Shown here: positions 62,952 to 64,000 of the stretch, piece by piece
How positions within the stretch are numbered: position 1 is the first letter of the stretch
How the letters are laid out: every line of letters begins with the position of its first letter
Source of the DNA: Planctomycetota bacterium
GTDB taxonomy: Bacteria; Planctomycetota; UBA8108; SXIK01
DNA length: 64,000 nt
Direction of reading: 5' to 3'
NCBI GenBank assembly: GCA_965223265.1
Contig: OZ244999.1
Location: 4,736,001 to 4,800,000 of the forward strand
Notes under the pieces: model-generated
Databases searched by the model: none
Seen by the model: only the letters and a program-made list of their open reading frames with translations
What the model was told of the DNA's origin: nothing
Made by a program: the position numbers and the translations under genes

Positions 62952-64000
62952 TCACGGATGGGATTCAAGCAACCAAGGCGTTCCCTTCCCATCCACCCGC
63001 CGCACCTCGAGGCCCTCCCCCACCAAGGCGAACTCGAAATCCTCCGGCGCCAGCTCCTTCAGCTCCGGCGCACCGGCTGCGACCAGTTCTTTGAACGATT
63101 GCGGCCACGCTCCGGTTTCGCGCCGAAAATGCAAAACCTCCGCGACGACGAACGTCTGCGCAGCCCTGGCGACGGCGATCGCCTCGCGCGTGACTAAGTT
63201 GTTGATGCGAAAGAACAGCGCTTGCGCGAACACTCCGCCGCGCTCCTTGAGGTCGCGCTCAGCGCGGTCCAGAGCCAAGAGTGCTTCATCGTACGGCTGC
63301 TGAAGCGCCTCGAGAACTTGCCTTCTGAAGTCGACGATGAGTGCCTTCTCGCCCGAGATGTATGGCTCGGTCAGCCACCGCAAGCGGGCGATCCAATAGA
63401 ACGTCTCAAGACCCTCCTCAAACCTCAAATGCTCTGAAGGCTCGTAGCCCATGAGGCCGGCGTCTACGATAGCCGCCTCCATGGTGCGCGCAGCGTCCGC
63501 ACGCGCGCCGAAAAAGACTGCACCGGAAACATCGTCAAGTTCGACCCGCGCCAGCGCGGCGCGCGGATTCTGACATCGCGGCAGCACGATCCGCAGCGCA
63601 TCGATGCCGAGCCCAGTAACGGCGATCCGCTGGATCTGAGTCATCAACTCAGGATCGGTGCGCAACAATCGCGAAAGGTGAAACACTGCGTGCAGGTCTT
63701 CGAGCGCCGCGGTTTCGTCTCCGGACTCCATTTGGTGAATGGCACCGGCACAGAACATCCGGACGAGTTGGATCAGGCCAGAGAGGTATAGCGACTCTCC
63801 GTCAAACGGAAACTGATAGTCGCGCGCGAAGACGCAGTGAGAGTGTTCGGCAGCGCGCCGGAGCAGCTCAAAGGCCGGCGAGGCAGCGGCAAACAGCGCT
63901 TCAGCATTCGCTTTCGACTCGGAGTTTGAAGCCGAATCTGCGTGCGTCAGAAACTCCTCGAAGTCAAACCCTCGCGGCAGTTCCTGCGCCAGCGCCGAAG
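62952..64000 (-). CDS. hypothetical helical protein (5' end outside window)
   Basis: Frame open to the window end; C-terminal FRRETGAWPQSFKEL resembles planctomycete GspG-like tails. Confidence 0.6.
   Translation of the reverse strand, partial: SALAQELPRGFDFEEFLTHADSASNSESKANAEALFAAASPAFELLRRAAEHSHCVFARDYQFPFDGESLYLSGLIQLVRMFCAGAIHQMESGDETAALEDLHAVFHLSRLLRTDPELMTQIQRIAVTGLGIDALRIVLPRCQNPRAALARVELDDVSGAVFFGARADAARTMEAAIVDAGLMGYEPSEHLRFEEGLETFYWIARLRWLTEPYISGEKALIVDFRRQVLEALQQPYDEALLALDRAERDLKERGGVFAQALFFRINNLVTREAIAVARAAQTFVVAEVLHFRRETGAWPQSFKELVAAGAPELKELAPEDFEFALVGEGLEVRRVDGKGTPWLLESHP

Overview
High-GC bacterial DNA, most likely Planctomycetota (planctomycete-type ECF sigma/kinase-WD40 pair, FRRGD dockerin-like secreted protein, DUF4838- and FG-GAP-type proteins). 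The window has a tRNA-Val(TAC) followed by an accessory-looking region. Main contents: (1) a 1834-aa Ser/Thr kinase-AAA-GAF-sigma54 activator, followed by a -24/-12 promoter, tandem upstream dyads and a long redox/stress-type operon; (2) a 4,065-bp five-gene transposon inside that operon, with TG..CA inverted ends and an exact 6-bp target duplication; (3) a radical SAM/SPASM gene directly followed by a protein with a leader-like segment in front of a signal peptide (candidate new protein-modification system); (4) five copies of a 159-180 bp fold-back MITE, one splitting an AhpD/CMD gene, plus a second MITE type; (5) an acoXABC acetoin dehydrogenase operon; (6) three coupled paralogous lipoproteins. 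Two long genes are split by single-base losses in short homopolymers, possibly sequencing errors. All family assignments come from motif recognition by eye; no database searches were run.
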